DNA of 64,000 nt from Candidatus Ozemobacteraceae bacterium (GTDB lineage Bacteria > Muiribacteriota > Ozemobacteria > Ozemobacterales > Ozemobacteraceae): contig OZ223236.1 in assembly GCA_965140445.1 (NCBI GenBank), positions 2,336,001 to 2,400,000 on the forward strand, read 5' to 3'. Each line of letters starts with the position of its first letter. Position 1 is the first letter of the stretch. The notes under the pieces were generated by a model. It did not search any database. It was given only the letters and a program-made list of their open reading frames with translations, and was not told where the DNA came from. Of this stretch, positions 10,302 to 19,198 are shown in pieces. The position numbers and the translations under genes are program-made.

Positions 10302-11221
10302 TAAAATGCTCCTGAAACATATTTTCTACCGGTATATGAAATTCTAAAATAGGGAATTCCCCTGTACGAAGCGAATATTAGCTCAACGAATGATTTATCG
10401 CTCCTCCACTTGTAAGTTAACATTCGATCCCTGGCAATAACCGAGGTAACTTTTTCCTTCCTGGTCGTTGCCAATGAAATCTCATCCTCAGGTTTTTTAC
10501 TTGGAGGCCCATAAATTGAAGAGATTGAAAGATACATTTCATAAAAACATGAATCAACCTGGTCTAATGTTGACAGGTTTTGATTGCGCGGCTGTGGGTA
10601 AAGCCCCATATCACTTCCTACCCAACTTTCAGCTGAGGTTCCTATTGAAATGATACTGTTTTCTATCATTTTTTTTGTTTTTGGAATTCTTTGCCCAAAG
10701 ACAATATAAGTGCCACCAATAAGTGTATTTGATGAGAAATGATATTGGACAATAGTATTGTAAGAACCAACTCTAGCTATATAACTTAAAAGTCCAGGCT
10801 TGGAAAATCCTTCTGGTGAAGGGTCTGCTTTTTCTTTTTCTTTTACTGTTTCCTTTGTCATTCCCCAATAAGCAATTCTAAAGTCCGCTTTTCGTCCTAC
10901 TTCAGGGGCAGCTTCCTTGTCATCCTTCTTTTTTTTATCTTTAGCTTTTGCCGCGCTTTTCTTTTCCCCTTTTACGCCTGCGGGATCTTTTGCGTCCTTA
11001 ACTTCAGAGTGTTTTTTTGTTGCTTCTTCAGCTGCCTGAAATGGTTTTAGAGCCATTGCGGTTTCTTCTTTTACTTTTATCTCAAGGGAAGCAAATATGC
11101 CGGCTGCAATAAAAAAAATAACGGCTAACTGAAAAAGTAGACTGGATATTCTATCTTTGAACTGATGTTTACAATGTGGGCAGGTCGAAAGCTTTTTGCC
11201 ACATTCAGAACAAACAATCAT
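10301..11221 (-). CDS. Zinc-ribbon + TM protein with Lys-rich linker and soluble C-terminal domain
   Basis: CSEC-x6-CPHC, TM helix, K/A/E-rich linker, then FRIAYWGMTKETVKEKE. Confidence 0.7.
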   Translation of the reverse strand: MIVCSECGKKLSTCPHCKHQFKDRISSLLFQLAVIFFIAAGIFASLEIKVKEETAMALKPFQAAEEATKKHSEVKDAKDPAGVKGEKKSAAKAKDKKKKDDKEAAPEVGRKADFRIAYWGMTKETVKEKEKADPSPEGFSKPGLLSYIARVGSYNTIVQYHFSSNTLIGGTYIVFGQRIPKTKKMIENSIISIGTSAESWVGSDMGLYPQPRNQNLSTLDQVDSCFYEMYLSISSIYGPPSKKPEDEISLATTRKEKVTSVIARDRMLTYKWRSDKSFVELIFASYRGIPYFRISYTGRKYVSGAF

Positions 11222-11431
11222 TAAAAATTACCAACCTTATTAAAAGAATATTTAATTTAAAAGAAAAAATAACGAAGAAAAAATTTCTCACATTATCTAG
11301 GGTAAGGCAAAAAGATAAAAAATCAAGTAAGACATTGTAACAGGATGTTAAAGGAGCAGATAGCCCGAGTTTTTTGTTTAGAAAAAATAGAATTGGATGA
11401 TTTATAAAATTCTGGTATAAGTGTCCCTGCA

Positions 11432-12154
11432 ATGAAAAAGCTAAGAAGATACTCTAAACTTAAAAATATTGGTGATCCACGCGAAATAGTTTTGCTTAAG
11501 GGGAGCCCCTGTGCTTGGGGACGCTGCACTTTTTGTGATTATATTCTGGATAATTCAGAAAATGAAGCCCAAAACTCCAGTTTTAACTCCCACGTTCTTT
11601 CTAAAGTTACAGGTGAATTCGGGGTTCTACAAGTTATAAATTCTGGAAGCGTTTTTGAACTTCCTGAATATACGCTTGATGAAATTCTTCAGATTTGCAA
11701 ACTAAAACAAATTAAAAAGATATATTTTGAGTCTCATTGGTTTTATAAGGATAGAATTGAAGAATTGAGAAAGTTCTTTGGAGATATCAAGCTTGTATTA
11801 ATGCTCGGTATGGAAACTTTTAACCACCGGTTTCGAAATGAAATTCTGAAAAAAGGAATAGAGTTCGATAAAATTCAGGATGTAAGGCAACATTTTGATT
11901 CCATTTGTCTAATGGTAGGCATAAAAGGGCAAACTAAAGAAATGTTGGAAAATGACATTGAAACTTTGTTGAAGAATTTTGAGCACGGAACAATAAATGT
12001 TTTTGTGAATAATTCAACACCAATCAAGGCTGATTTAGAGTTACAAAGCTGGTTTAAAAGCAGATTTGAAAATTTATCCGCGATCAACAAGATTGATGTT
12101 TTGTGGGATATCACTGATTTTGGGGTAGGGGAGTTAATTGACGATGAAGAATGA
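11432..12154 (+). CDS. queL: Radical SAM enzyme, QueL (queuine lyase)-like
   Basis: Short radical SAM protein with atypical CX4CX2C motif (REIVLLKGSPCAWGRCTFCDY), INSGSVFEL, FESHW. Overlaps a queuosine-precursor transporter gene. Confidence 0.75.
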   Translation: MKKLRRYSKLKNIGDPREIVLLKGSPCAWGRCTFCDYILDNSENEAQNSSFNSHVLSKVTGEFGVLQVINSGSVFELPEYTLDEILQICKLKQIKKIYFESHWFYKDRIEELRKFFGDIKLVLMLGMETFNHRFRNEILKKGIEFDKIQDVRQHFDSICLMVGIKGQTKEMLENDIETLLKNFEHGTINVFVNNSTPIKADLELQSWFKSRFENLSAINKIDVLWDITDFGVGELIDDEE

Positions 12155-12836
12155 TTTACTGTGGGTCATACTTTTGGCGGTCAATTACATTGGGATTGTT
12201 GCCTCATTCCGTTTTTTTAAAAAAGCAGGATTATTTGCGTGGATTGTGCTCGCTTCAATTTTGGCCAATATTCAGGTGATTAAAACAATTGAAATTTTTG
12301 GCATGGTTACAACTCTGGGAAACATAATATACGGGAGTTCTTTTCTTGCTACTGACGTCCTGAATGAGTGTTATTCTGAGAAGGAAGCCAGAAAAGGCGT
12401 CTTTATGGGGATTTTTGCCATTGTAGTTACAACAGTAATAATGCAGATTTGCCTGCAATTTAAGCCGCACTCAAGTGATATTTCAAGTGGAGCTTTAGAT
12501 ACAATCTTTTCCATAATGCCAAGAATAACTTTCGCCAGCATTACAGCCTATTTTGTTAGTCAGAATTTTGATGTCTGGTTTTATGACTATTTGAAAAAGA
12601 AATTTCCTGCGCACCTATGGGTTCGTAACAATGGTTCAACCATGGTTAGTCAGCTTATTGACAACGTTATTTTTACGCTTATGGCGTTTTGGGGTGTCTT
12701 TGAATGGACAATTATATGGCAGATTTTCATAACAACCTATATCATGAAATGGATTGTTGCAATTTTTGACACCCCATTCATTTACTGGGCCAGAAGAATT
12801 CACAAAAAGTGGAAAAGTGAAGAATTGCCAGCTTGA
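12144..12836 (+). CDS. yhhQ: Queuosine precursor transporter (YhhQ/QPTR family)
   Basis: FLATDVLNECY, PRITFASITAYFVSQNFDV, LWVRNNGSTMVSQLIDNVIF, DTPFIY. ATG at 12144 preferred over TTG at 12138 on RBS spacing. Confidence 0.9.
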   Translation: MKNDLLWVILLAVNYIGIVASFRFFKKAGLFAWIVLASILANIQVIKTIEIFGMVTTLGNIIYGSSFLATDVLNECYSEKEARKGVFMGIFAIVVTTVIMQICLQFKPHSSDISSGALDTIFSIMPRITFASITAYFVSQNFDVWFYDYLKKKFPAHLWVRNNGSTMVSQLIDNVIFTLMAFWGVFEWTIIWQIFITTYIMKWIVAIFDTPFIYWARRIHKKWKSEELPA

Positions 12837-12855
12837 TAATGTAGTTGAGTGAGAG

Positions 12856-13509
12856 ATGAAAGAGCAAAAGGTCCTTTTCTCAGGCGAATTTGAAGCTAAA
12901 ATTGAGCTGCTGCCTTTGCAGCTCGTTTCAGACAGTGTTTCTCCAATTTTTTTGGCCGCATTTGCTGTTTTTAGTTTTTTAGCGATAACCTTTTTTTCTT
13001 TTGCTTTTGATGCATTTTCTCCGATAAAAATTCCACTCTATTTTGGGGGAATAATGACACCCGGGATCTTGATGTACCTTATTACCTACTATGATAAACG
13101 TTTGCAGATCGAAGCAGATAAGGTTTCAAGTGTTGAGAGCAGAGCTTTTATGATAAAAAAAGTTAACTGGTCAGAATTGCTTTCAAATTATTCAAGCGTA
13201 TGTGGCAAGTATTACTATGGATACATAGGTGGAAGTGACACCCCGACTTTAGTTAGAGAAGTTGTTCTCAAAAATATAAATAATTCTGCAAGGGATTTTA
13301 TTCTAGCTAGATACTTTTTTAGGTCAGAAGACCTGGTAAAAGAAGAAAATTTTAAAAGCTTCTGGAGAAAGTCGTGCATAATATTTGGGAAAAATCCATC
13401 CATCTTGGTAAATGGAACTCAAAAAGACATTTCTTCGCAAGATATTGAATTTTTGAATGGAGACGAGGGGGCATTTATCCCCGACAAAAGAATGCTTGCT
13501 CTTTCTTGA
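12856..13509 (+). CDS. Hypothetical membrane protein (2 TM + soluble domain)
   Basis: 217-aa ORF with two hydrophobic helices. Confidence 0.6.
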   Translation: MKEQKVLFSGEFEAKIELLPLQLVSDSVSPIFLAAFAVFSFLAITFFSFAFDAFSPIKIPLYFGGIMTPGILMYLITYYDKRLQIEADKVSSVESRAFMIKKVNWSELLSNYSSVCGKYYYGYIGGSDTPTLVREVVLKNINNSARDFILARYFFRSEDLVKEENFKSFWRKSCIIFGKNPSILVNGTQKDISSQDIEFLNGDEGAFIPDKRMLALS

Positions 13510-13551
13510 GTATTTTCTCTTAAAAATGCTCCCATAGAAAAACTAAAATAC

Positions 13552-13579
13552 TTGAATCATTCTGATTCTAAGCTATAAT
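13552..13579 (+). promoter_or_regulatory. Putative sigma70 promoter of the first hydrogenase locus
   Basis: TTGAAT-16 nt-TATAAT. Inverted repeat GAATCA-TTC-TGATTC overlaps the -35 box. Confidence 0.5.
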
Positions 13580-13620
13580 GTTTACATTCTATGGTTCACA
13601 GGGAAAGGAACTAGCTAAAG

Positions 13621-13869
13621 ATGGAAGTCAAAATTTGCATTGGTACCTCTTGCCACCGACAAGGTGCAGAGAAAGTATTGAAGCACTTTCAGACCATGAT
13701 AGAAGAAAAAGACCTCAAAGAAAAAATACAGTTAAAAGGGTCTTTTTGTCTTGGAAAGTGTACAAAAGGAAAAGTAACGCTCCTCATTGACGGAAAAGAT
13801 TATCTGGCATCAACACCCGATGACGCTGGGGACTTTTTTGAGAGGGAGATTCTTTCAAGATTAGGTTAG
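13621..13869 (+). CDS. Thioredoxin-like [2Fe-2S] ferredoxin (HfsA/NuoE-C-terminal-like)
   Basis: CIGTSC ... FCLGKC four-cysteine pattern in 82 aa. Confidence 0.85.
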   Translation: MEVKICIGTSCHRQGAEKVLKHFQTMIEEKDLKEKIQLKGSFCLGKCTKGKVTLLIDGKDYLASTPDDAGDFFEREILSRLG

Positions 13870-13872
13870 GCT

Positions 13873-14367
13873 GTGGATTGTTCGTTTGTTGCGATCATGA
13901 TTGGACCGCCAACTGATAAAAAAAATGATCATACCGTTTTGCATCAGTTTATGGGGTACAATGGGAGCAAAATTGTTTGTGGTGGAACTGCAATAAAGGT
14001 TTTGGAGCAACATTTGAATAAAGAGGCTTGCGTGAAGCTTGAAAGTTCAACCAACTCGGTTCCTCCATTCGGAATGATTGATGGAGTCGAGCTTCTCACT
14101 GAAGGATACTTCACACTGAGTAAAGTTTTAGAGCTGCTTAAATTAGACACAAAAACGTCTGAAAAAGACAAAAACACGAATGCAGCTGTCAGACTACTTT
14201 CCATTCTGGAGAGAGCAGAAAAATTAAACTTTTTTCTGGGAAAGGAATCTGAACTTAATGAGAAAGCCAATATTGAGCAAAAGAGATTGGCAAAGTCAGA
14301 GTTGATTCAGGCAATCATTGAAAATCTTGTGAAAAGAGGCAAGATTGTTCAAGTTGAAGAGATATAG
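13873..14367 (+). CDS. Stand-alone C-terminal domain of HfsC/SpoIIE-like hydrogenase-associated phosphatase (no PP2C domain)
   Basis: MIGPP...KIVCGGT...VPPFGMIDGVELLTEG...NFFLG...L.KRGK match the C-terminal domain of hydrogenase-linked SpoIIE proteins as I recall them. Confidence 0.65.
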   Translation: MDCSFVAIMIGPPTDKKNDHTVLHQFMGYNGSKIVCGGTAIKVLEQHLNKEACVKLESSTNSVPPFGMIDGVELLTEGYFTLSKVLELLKLDTKTSEKDKNTNAAVRLLSILERAEKLNFFLGKESELNEKANIEQKRLAKSELIQAIIENLVKRGKIVQVEEI

Positions 14368-14376
14368 GAGCAGATT

Positions 14377-16368
14377 ATGAGCAAAGTTATTTTTGGCGTA
14401 TGGGACGAGCAGGTTATGGATAACCGTGGAAAACGCCCATTCGAAATTGATGAACTGCCGGAGTTCGACCAGTTCGATGAATTTGATCCAGGAAACCCGA
14501 TCAAAGCATTTTTTGGCTGGAAGGGTTTTTATATTTTTGACGAAGAAGTTAACTTGCTGGATGCAGCCAGACAATATATTGGCCGAGCAGCCAAAGAAAG
14601 TTGTGGAGCTTGTACACCATGTCGCGTAGGAACCCAGATTCTTAAACAAAAATTTATGGATCTTGGCAAAGGTAAAGCCGGTGAGGAAGCGTTAGACGAA
14701 ATTGAAAAACTTGCTGTGCATGTTAAAAACACATCGCTTTGTGGTCTTGGCCAGACATGCACCGTTCCAATACTGGATATGTTGAAGTATTTCCGCGAAG
14801 AACTGGTTCAGCAGATCAATCAGGAAATGGATGGCACTTTTCACAAGCAACCGGCTACAACATATGTTACCGCACCATGTATTGAAGCATGTCCAGCCAG
14901 AGTCAATGTTCCAAGCTATATTGACTATATTAAAGATGGTAAGTTTACCCATTCAATCGGTGTTGTTCTCCAGAAATATCCTATGGCGGCCACTTGCGGA
15001 CGCGTTTGTGTAAGATTCTGTGAATTTGCATGTCGAAGAACAATGGTTGATGAAGCCGTTGGAATTAAGCTACTTAAAAGGTTTGTAGCTGATAAAGAGA
15101 GATATGTTACTGATAAATGGTTCAATAAAGAATTAATTAAAAACAAAAAGCCCGCTGAACTTAAAGTCGCTGTTATCGGCGCTGGTCCTGCTGGCATATC
15201 TGCTGCTTATCATCTGCTTTTAAAAGGCTATTCTGTTGATGTTTTTGAAGCTATGACAGAACCGGGCGGAATGGCAGCAGTTGGTATCCCGGAATACAGG
15301 CTTCCAAAAGAAGATGTTTTGCGCAAAGAAATTTCAATTATTGAATCTCTTGGTGGAACAATTGCTTACAACCAGAGAATGGGCGTTGACTTTTCATTAG
15401 AGGATTTGTTCAAGCGTGGTTACAAAAGCGTATTCCTGGGAGTTGGTGCTCACAAAGGAAAAGCTATTGGTATTCCTGGCGAACACCGTTCTCAAAAAGG
15501 ATATAAAACAGGAATTAGCTTCCTGCTCTATATTAATCATTATTTCATTAATATGGGTCTTCAGGTTGAGTTAGGGAAAAAGTTGGTGGTAGTTGGTGGC
15601 GGAAACGTGGCCATGGACTGCGCTAGATCTGCTCTCAGACTTGGCGTTGAAGAAGTTCATCTTGTTTATAGACGTTCAAAAAATGAAATGCCAGCTGATC
15701 ACGAAGAAATTGAAGCTGCTGAAAAAGAAGGCGTCATATTCCACTTCCTGACTCATCCGGTTAAAGTAATTTTGGATGATAATGGAGTTAAAGGAATCAG
15801 ATTGATTAAGATGGAACTTGGTCAGCCTGATGAATCGGGGCGAAGCAGAGTTCACCCAATTGAAAATTCCGAGTTTAATCTTGATGTAGATTTCATTGTT
15901 CCGGCAATTGGGCAACGTGTTGAAGGTGGTTTCCTGGTGCCAGAAGATGGAGTTTCATTTACTGATTGGGGTTTAATTGATGTTAATCCTGTAACAATGA
16001 GCACAACCAGAAAAGGCGTTTTTGCTGGCGGCGACTGCACAACAGGTCCTGCAACTCTGATTGAAGCTATGGAAAAAGGTATCAAGGCAGCTAAAGCCAT
16101 TGATGATTATCTCACTTACGGAAGGGTTCGCTTTGATAAAGAAGAGCGCATGAGCGAAATTATTAGAAATATTTCAAAGGTTGATAAAGAAAGCCTGAAT
16201 ATTCCTGTTCGCGAAGAGCGCAGAGTTATCTGTGAAGAACTGGACCCTGAAGTTAGAAAGCGTATTTTTGAAGAGGTTGAAAAACCCATTACCGTTGAAC
16301 AGGCTTATAAAGAAGCCGAGCGATGTCTTCGTTGCTATAGAATTTCAATGGTAATAACGGATAAGTGA
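14377..16368 (+). CDS. Hydrogenase partner flavoprotein: NuoF-type [4Fe-4S] domain fused to a GltD/NfnB-like FAD/NAD(P)H oxidoreductase
   Basis: ESCGACTPCR...SLCGLGQ, APCIEACP, CGRVCVRFCEFACRR, GAGPAG, GGGNVAMD, YRRS, EAERCLRC. Confidence 0.9.
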   Translation: MSKVIFGVWDEQVMDNRGKRPFEIDELPEFDQFDEFDPGNPIKAFFGWKGFYIFDEEVNLLDAARQYIGRAAKESCGACTPCRVGTQILKQKFMDLGKGKAGEEALDEIEKLAVHVKNTSLCGLGQTCTVPILDMLKYFREELVQQINQEMDGTFHKQPATTYVTAPCIEACPARVNVPSYIDYIKDGKFTHSIGVVLQKYPMAATCGRVCVRFCEFACRRTMVDEAVGIKLLKRFVADKERYVTDKWFNKELIKNKKPAELKVAVIGAGPAGISAAYHLLLKGYSVDVFEAMTEPGGMAAVGIPEYRLPKEDVLRKEISIIESLGGTIAYNQRMGVDFSLEDLFKRGYKSVFLGVGAHKGKAIGIPGEHRSQKGYKTGISFLLYINHYFINMGLQVELGKKLVVVGGGNVAMDCARSALRLGVEEVHLVYRRSKNEMPADHEEIEAAEKEGVIFHFLTHPVKVILDDNGVKGIRLIKMELGQPDESGRSRVHPIENSEFNLDVDFIVPAIGQRVEGGFLVPEDGVSFTDWGLIDVNPVTMSTTRKGVFAGGDCTTGPATLIEAMEKGIKAAKAIDDYLTYGRVRFDKEERMSEIIRNISKVDKESLNIPVREERRVICEELDPEVRKRIFEEVEKPITVEQAYKEAERCLRCYRISMVITDK

Positions 16369-16378
16369 GGTTATAACA

Positions 16379-18175
16379 ATGATTGGTTGCATAAACGGAA
16401 AAGAAGTTACTTTTGAAAAGAATGAAACAATTCTGGCCGTAGCTAGAAGAAGCGGACATTTTATTCCAACTCTTTGCGAATTGGCTAGTATTAATCACGC
16501 TCCTGGAACCTGTCGTGTTTGCCTTGCAGAAATCAAGCGCAGTGGCTCGGAAGAATCTAGAATTGTTACAACCTGTAATACCCCTATGGAAGAAGGTATT
16601 CAGGTGTTCACTAGAACGCGACTAGTTCGTGAACGACAGAGACTTCAGGTAGAGCTATTACTCGCAGATCACAATCAAGATTGCGCTTCTTGTATTCGCC
16701 ATGGAAACTGCGAATTGCAGGATGTTGCACAGTTTGTTGGTCTTCAAACCATTAATTATCATTATCCCAAGTTCTATGAAAAGCGTAGCAAAGAAGTTGA
16801 AACGCCAACTATTCAACGTGATATGACCAAGTGTATACGTTGTCTCAGATGTGTTGATGTTTGCCGTAAAGTTCAGAAAACAGATATTCTTGTTTTCTCA
16901 GGAAATGGTATCAAAGCTGAGATAGGTGCCAAGGATAGTGATAGTCTCTTTGATTCTGATTGCGTGAGCTGTGGACAGTGTACTTTGGTTTGTCCTGTTG
17001 GCGCCCTGGTAGCAAGAGATGATACAGAAGAAGTTATCGATTATCTTTATGACTGTGATGTGACAACGGTTTTCCAGGTTGCACCAGCTGTAAGGGTTGC
17101 TTTGGGTGAAGAATTCTTCATGGAACCCGGCACACCTGTAATGGGAAAAATCATCACAGCTATCCGCAAAATGGGTGGCGATGTGGTATTGGATACCAAC
17201 TTTACTGCAGATTTAACCATCCTTGAAGAAGGAACTGAACTTATAAACAGGATCAAAGAGGGTGGGAAATTGCCCATGATGACCTCTTGTAGTCCTGGTT
17301 GGATTAATTTCATGGAAAGAAATTTCCCAGAAATGCTGGATCATTTGTCAACAGCAAAGAGCCCACAACAGATGTTTGGCGCAGTGGCAAAAACTTATCT
17401 GGCTGAAAAAATGAACATTGATCCAAAAAAGATGAGAGTAATCTCAATTATGCCTTGTACCGCTAAAAAAGGCGAAGCAAAGCGTGCAGAGTTCTATACT
17501 GACGGTAATCCTGACGTTGATGTTGTTTTAACTACCAGAGAATTTGCAAGGTTGCTAAAACGTGAAGGAATCTGGTTACCCGGCCTTGAAGATGGTGAAT
17601 ATGACAATCAATGGATGGGAGAATTTACCGGTGCTGGTGCAATCTTTGGAACCACTGGTGGAGTTATGGAAGCTGCACTAAGAACGGTTCATTTTGTTTT
17701 AACAGGAAAAGAGATCGAAGGGATTGATGTAAAGCCAGTTCGCGGTCTTGAAGACATTAAAGAAGCCGAGCTTGATTTTGGTGAACCATATGGAAAGGTA
17801 AAAGTTGCTGTTGCACATGGTTTAAAAGCAGCCAGAAATATTGTAAAGCGCATTAAAGATGGCACAGCTGATTATACTTTTGTTGAAGTCATGGCATGTC
17901 CCGGTGGTTGTATGAGCGGCGGCGGCCAGCCAAGAACAAAAGGTTTTTATCAGGTTAACAGAGAAGACAGACAAAAAGCTCTCTACAAAATTGATCTGGA
18001 AATGCCAATCCGACAAAGTCACAATAACCCGCTTGTGAAAAAGCTTTATGAAGAATTCCTGGGTGAACCTAATTCTGAAAAAGCACACCATTTGCTTCAT
18101 ACTCACTATAAAGGCAGAAAAGTTCATAAAGTTCATACGCTAAAAAAGATCTGGGAAGATCTTAGCGAAGATTAG
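16379..18175 (+). CDS. hydA: [FeFe]-hydrogenase catalytic subunit (group A; GltD-linked, A2-like)
   Basis: [2Fe-2S], His-ligated and 2x[4Fe-4S] motifs. H-cluster motifs TSCSPGW, MPCTAKKGE, EVMACPGGCMSGGGQP. Confidence 0.95.
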   Translation: MIGCINGKEVTFEKNETILAVARRSGHFIPTLCELASINHAPGTCRVCLAEIKRSGSEESRIVTTCNTPMEEGIQVFTRTRLVRERQRLQVELLLADHNQDCASCIRHGNCELQDVAQFVGLQTINYHYPKFYEKRSKEVETPTIQRDMTKCIRCLRCVDVCRKVQKTDILVFSGNGIKAEIGAKDSDSLFDSDCVSCGQCTLVCPVGALVARDDTEEVIDYLYDCDVTTVFQVAPAVRVALGEEFFMEPGTPVMGKIITAIRKMGGDVVLDTNFTADLTILEEGTELINRIKEGGKLPMMTSCSPGWINFMERNFPEMLDHLSTAKSPQQMFGAVAKTYLAEKMNIDPKKMRVISIMPCTAKKGEAKRAEFYTDGNPDVDVVLTTREFARLLKREGIWLPGLEDGEYDNQWMGEFTGAGAIFGTTGGVMEAALRTVHFVLTGKEIEGIDVKPVRGLEDIKEAELDFGEPYGKVKVAVAHGLKAARNIVKRIKDGTADYTFVEVMACPGGCMSGGGQPRTKGFYQVNREDRQKALYKIDLEMPIRQSHNNPLVKKLYEEFLGEPNSEKAHHLLHTHYKGRKVHKVHTLKKIWEDLSED

Positions 18176-18180
18176 AAATA

Positions 18181-18216
18181 AAAAAGCTCCCGGCTCTTGA
18201 AGTCGGGAGTTTTTTT
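18181..18216. terminator. Bidirectional intrinsic terminator
   Basis: Stem GCTCCCGGCT/AGTCGGGAGT flanked by A- and T-tracts, between convergent genes. Confidence 0.8.
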
Positions 18217-18246
18217 ATTGTCCGTAATAAGCGTATTAGTTATTAA

Positions 18247-19197
18247 TTAAGAAAGCATTGAACAGAATTCATCAAATTCCAAATCAAATTCTTCTTCAGT
18301 GAGGTCTCTGGGGTAATTATAGAATCTTTGCCCGGGCTTCTCATTGTAATATGGGCGATTACAGTCTCCGCACCCGGAAGTTCTAAATGCTACCCCATTT
18401 TGAATTAGCGCTTTAAGTTCTAAAGGTAAAACCCCAAAACTTTTAATCCTACCATCTTTAAATGTAAGTTTAATTTTCTGTTTTTGGCCGGTTTCCAGAA
18501 TAAACCTTAATGCCTGTAAGCGCCTGTAACTTGAGAAATCTGGCGCAGAGCCACCGTTAACCGGAGTAAAGGCAAACATGGAAACTTTTCCTGAATAATC
18601 ATAAATTTCCAAAAGCCTCTGGGCAAAAGTTTCTTCGCTGTCGCCAAGCCCATAAATCAAATGAACTTCAATTTTGTCAGGCATTTTATTCATTAAAGCT
18701 TTTAAAGCTGGCCAGTCTTTTTCCCAAACTCGCTTTTTATGTAGCTTATAAGTTTCCGGGGAAGCGCAATCCAAACCTACACCTACATGATCCAACCCTT
18801 TATTGAGCATCTTTTGGGCGAACTCTGGCTGTCCTGGACTTAAAGTCATGCTTGTTTTTATTTTGGAAGCTATTAATTTTTCTGCCATTGACTCTAATAT
18901 GGGTTCATTCTCAGGATTATATCCTGTTTGGAGGCAGATCCGCTTAAATGGTTGAGGTTTTGAATTCAAAAGTTCTAATACTTTTACAAAATCGAATTCA
19001 GGCCAAATTATCCTTGAAAGCTTTTTTGAAGTTGAATTGCCAGATGCTCTCGGGCAAAAAGAACATGAACCAAGGCAACCATCGTCCCACAAGAGATAAG
19101 CTGTTGTCGGAGCAACGTCTTGCTTGGCCTTTATTAGCCCTAAAACTATTCCTGTGCCATATGAAACTCTAATTTTTGTGGAAGGCATATTTATCAT
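18247..19197 (-). CDS. lipS2: Radical SAM lipoate synthase subunit LipS2 (archaeal/Thermococcus type)
   Basis: CLGSCSFC and FRTSGCGDCNRPYYNE (TxGCxxCNRP signature). Start moved to ATG 19197, just after the lipS1 stop. Confidence 0.8.
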   Translation of the reverse strand: MINMPSTKIRVSYGTGIVLGLIKAKQDVAPTTAYLLWDDGCLGSCSFCPRASGNSTSKKLSRIIWPEFDFVKVLELLNSKPQPFKRICLQTGYNPENEPILESMAEKLIASKIKTSMTLSPGQPEFAQKMLNKGLDHVGVGLDCASPETYKLHKKRVWEKDWPALKALMNKMPDKIEVHLIYGLGDSEETFAQRLLEIYDYSGKVSMFAFTPVNGGSAPDFSSYRRLQALRFILETGQKQKIKLTFKDGRIKSFGVLPLELKALIQNGVAFRTSGCGDCNRPYYNEKPGQRFYNYPRDLTEEEFDLEFDEFCSMLS

Positions 19198-19198
19198 C

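Noticed and set aside
11222..11431. Possible preQ1 riboswitch upstream of queL-yhhQ
   Set aside because: No preQ1-I stem/loop plus A-rich tail pattern found, and a likely -10 box lies very close to the start codon.
14377..16368. Calling this gene glutamate synthase small subunit gltD
   Set aside because: No gltB nearby, it has an extra NuoF-type FeS domain, and it is coupled to hydA.
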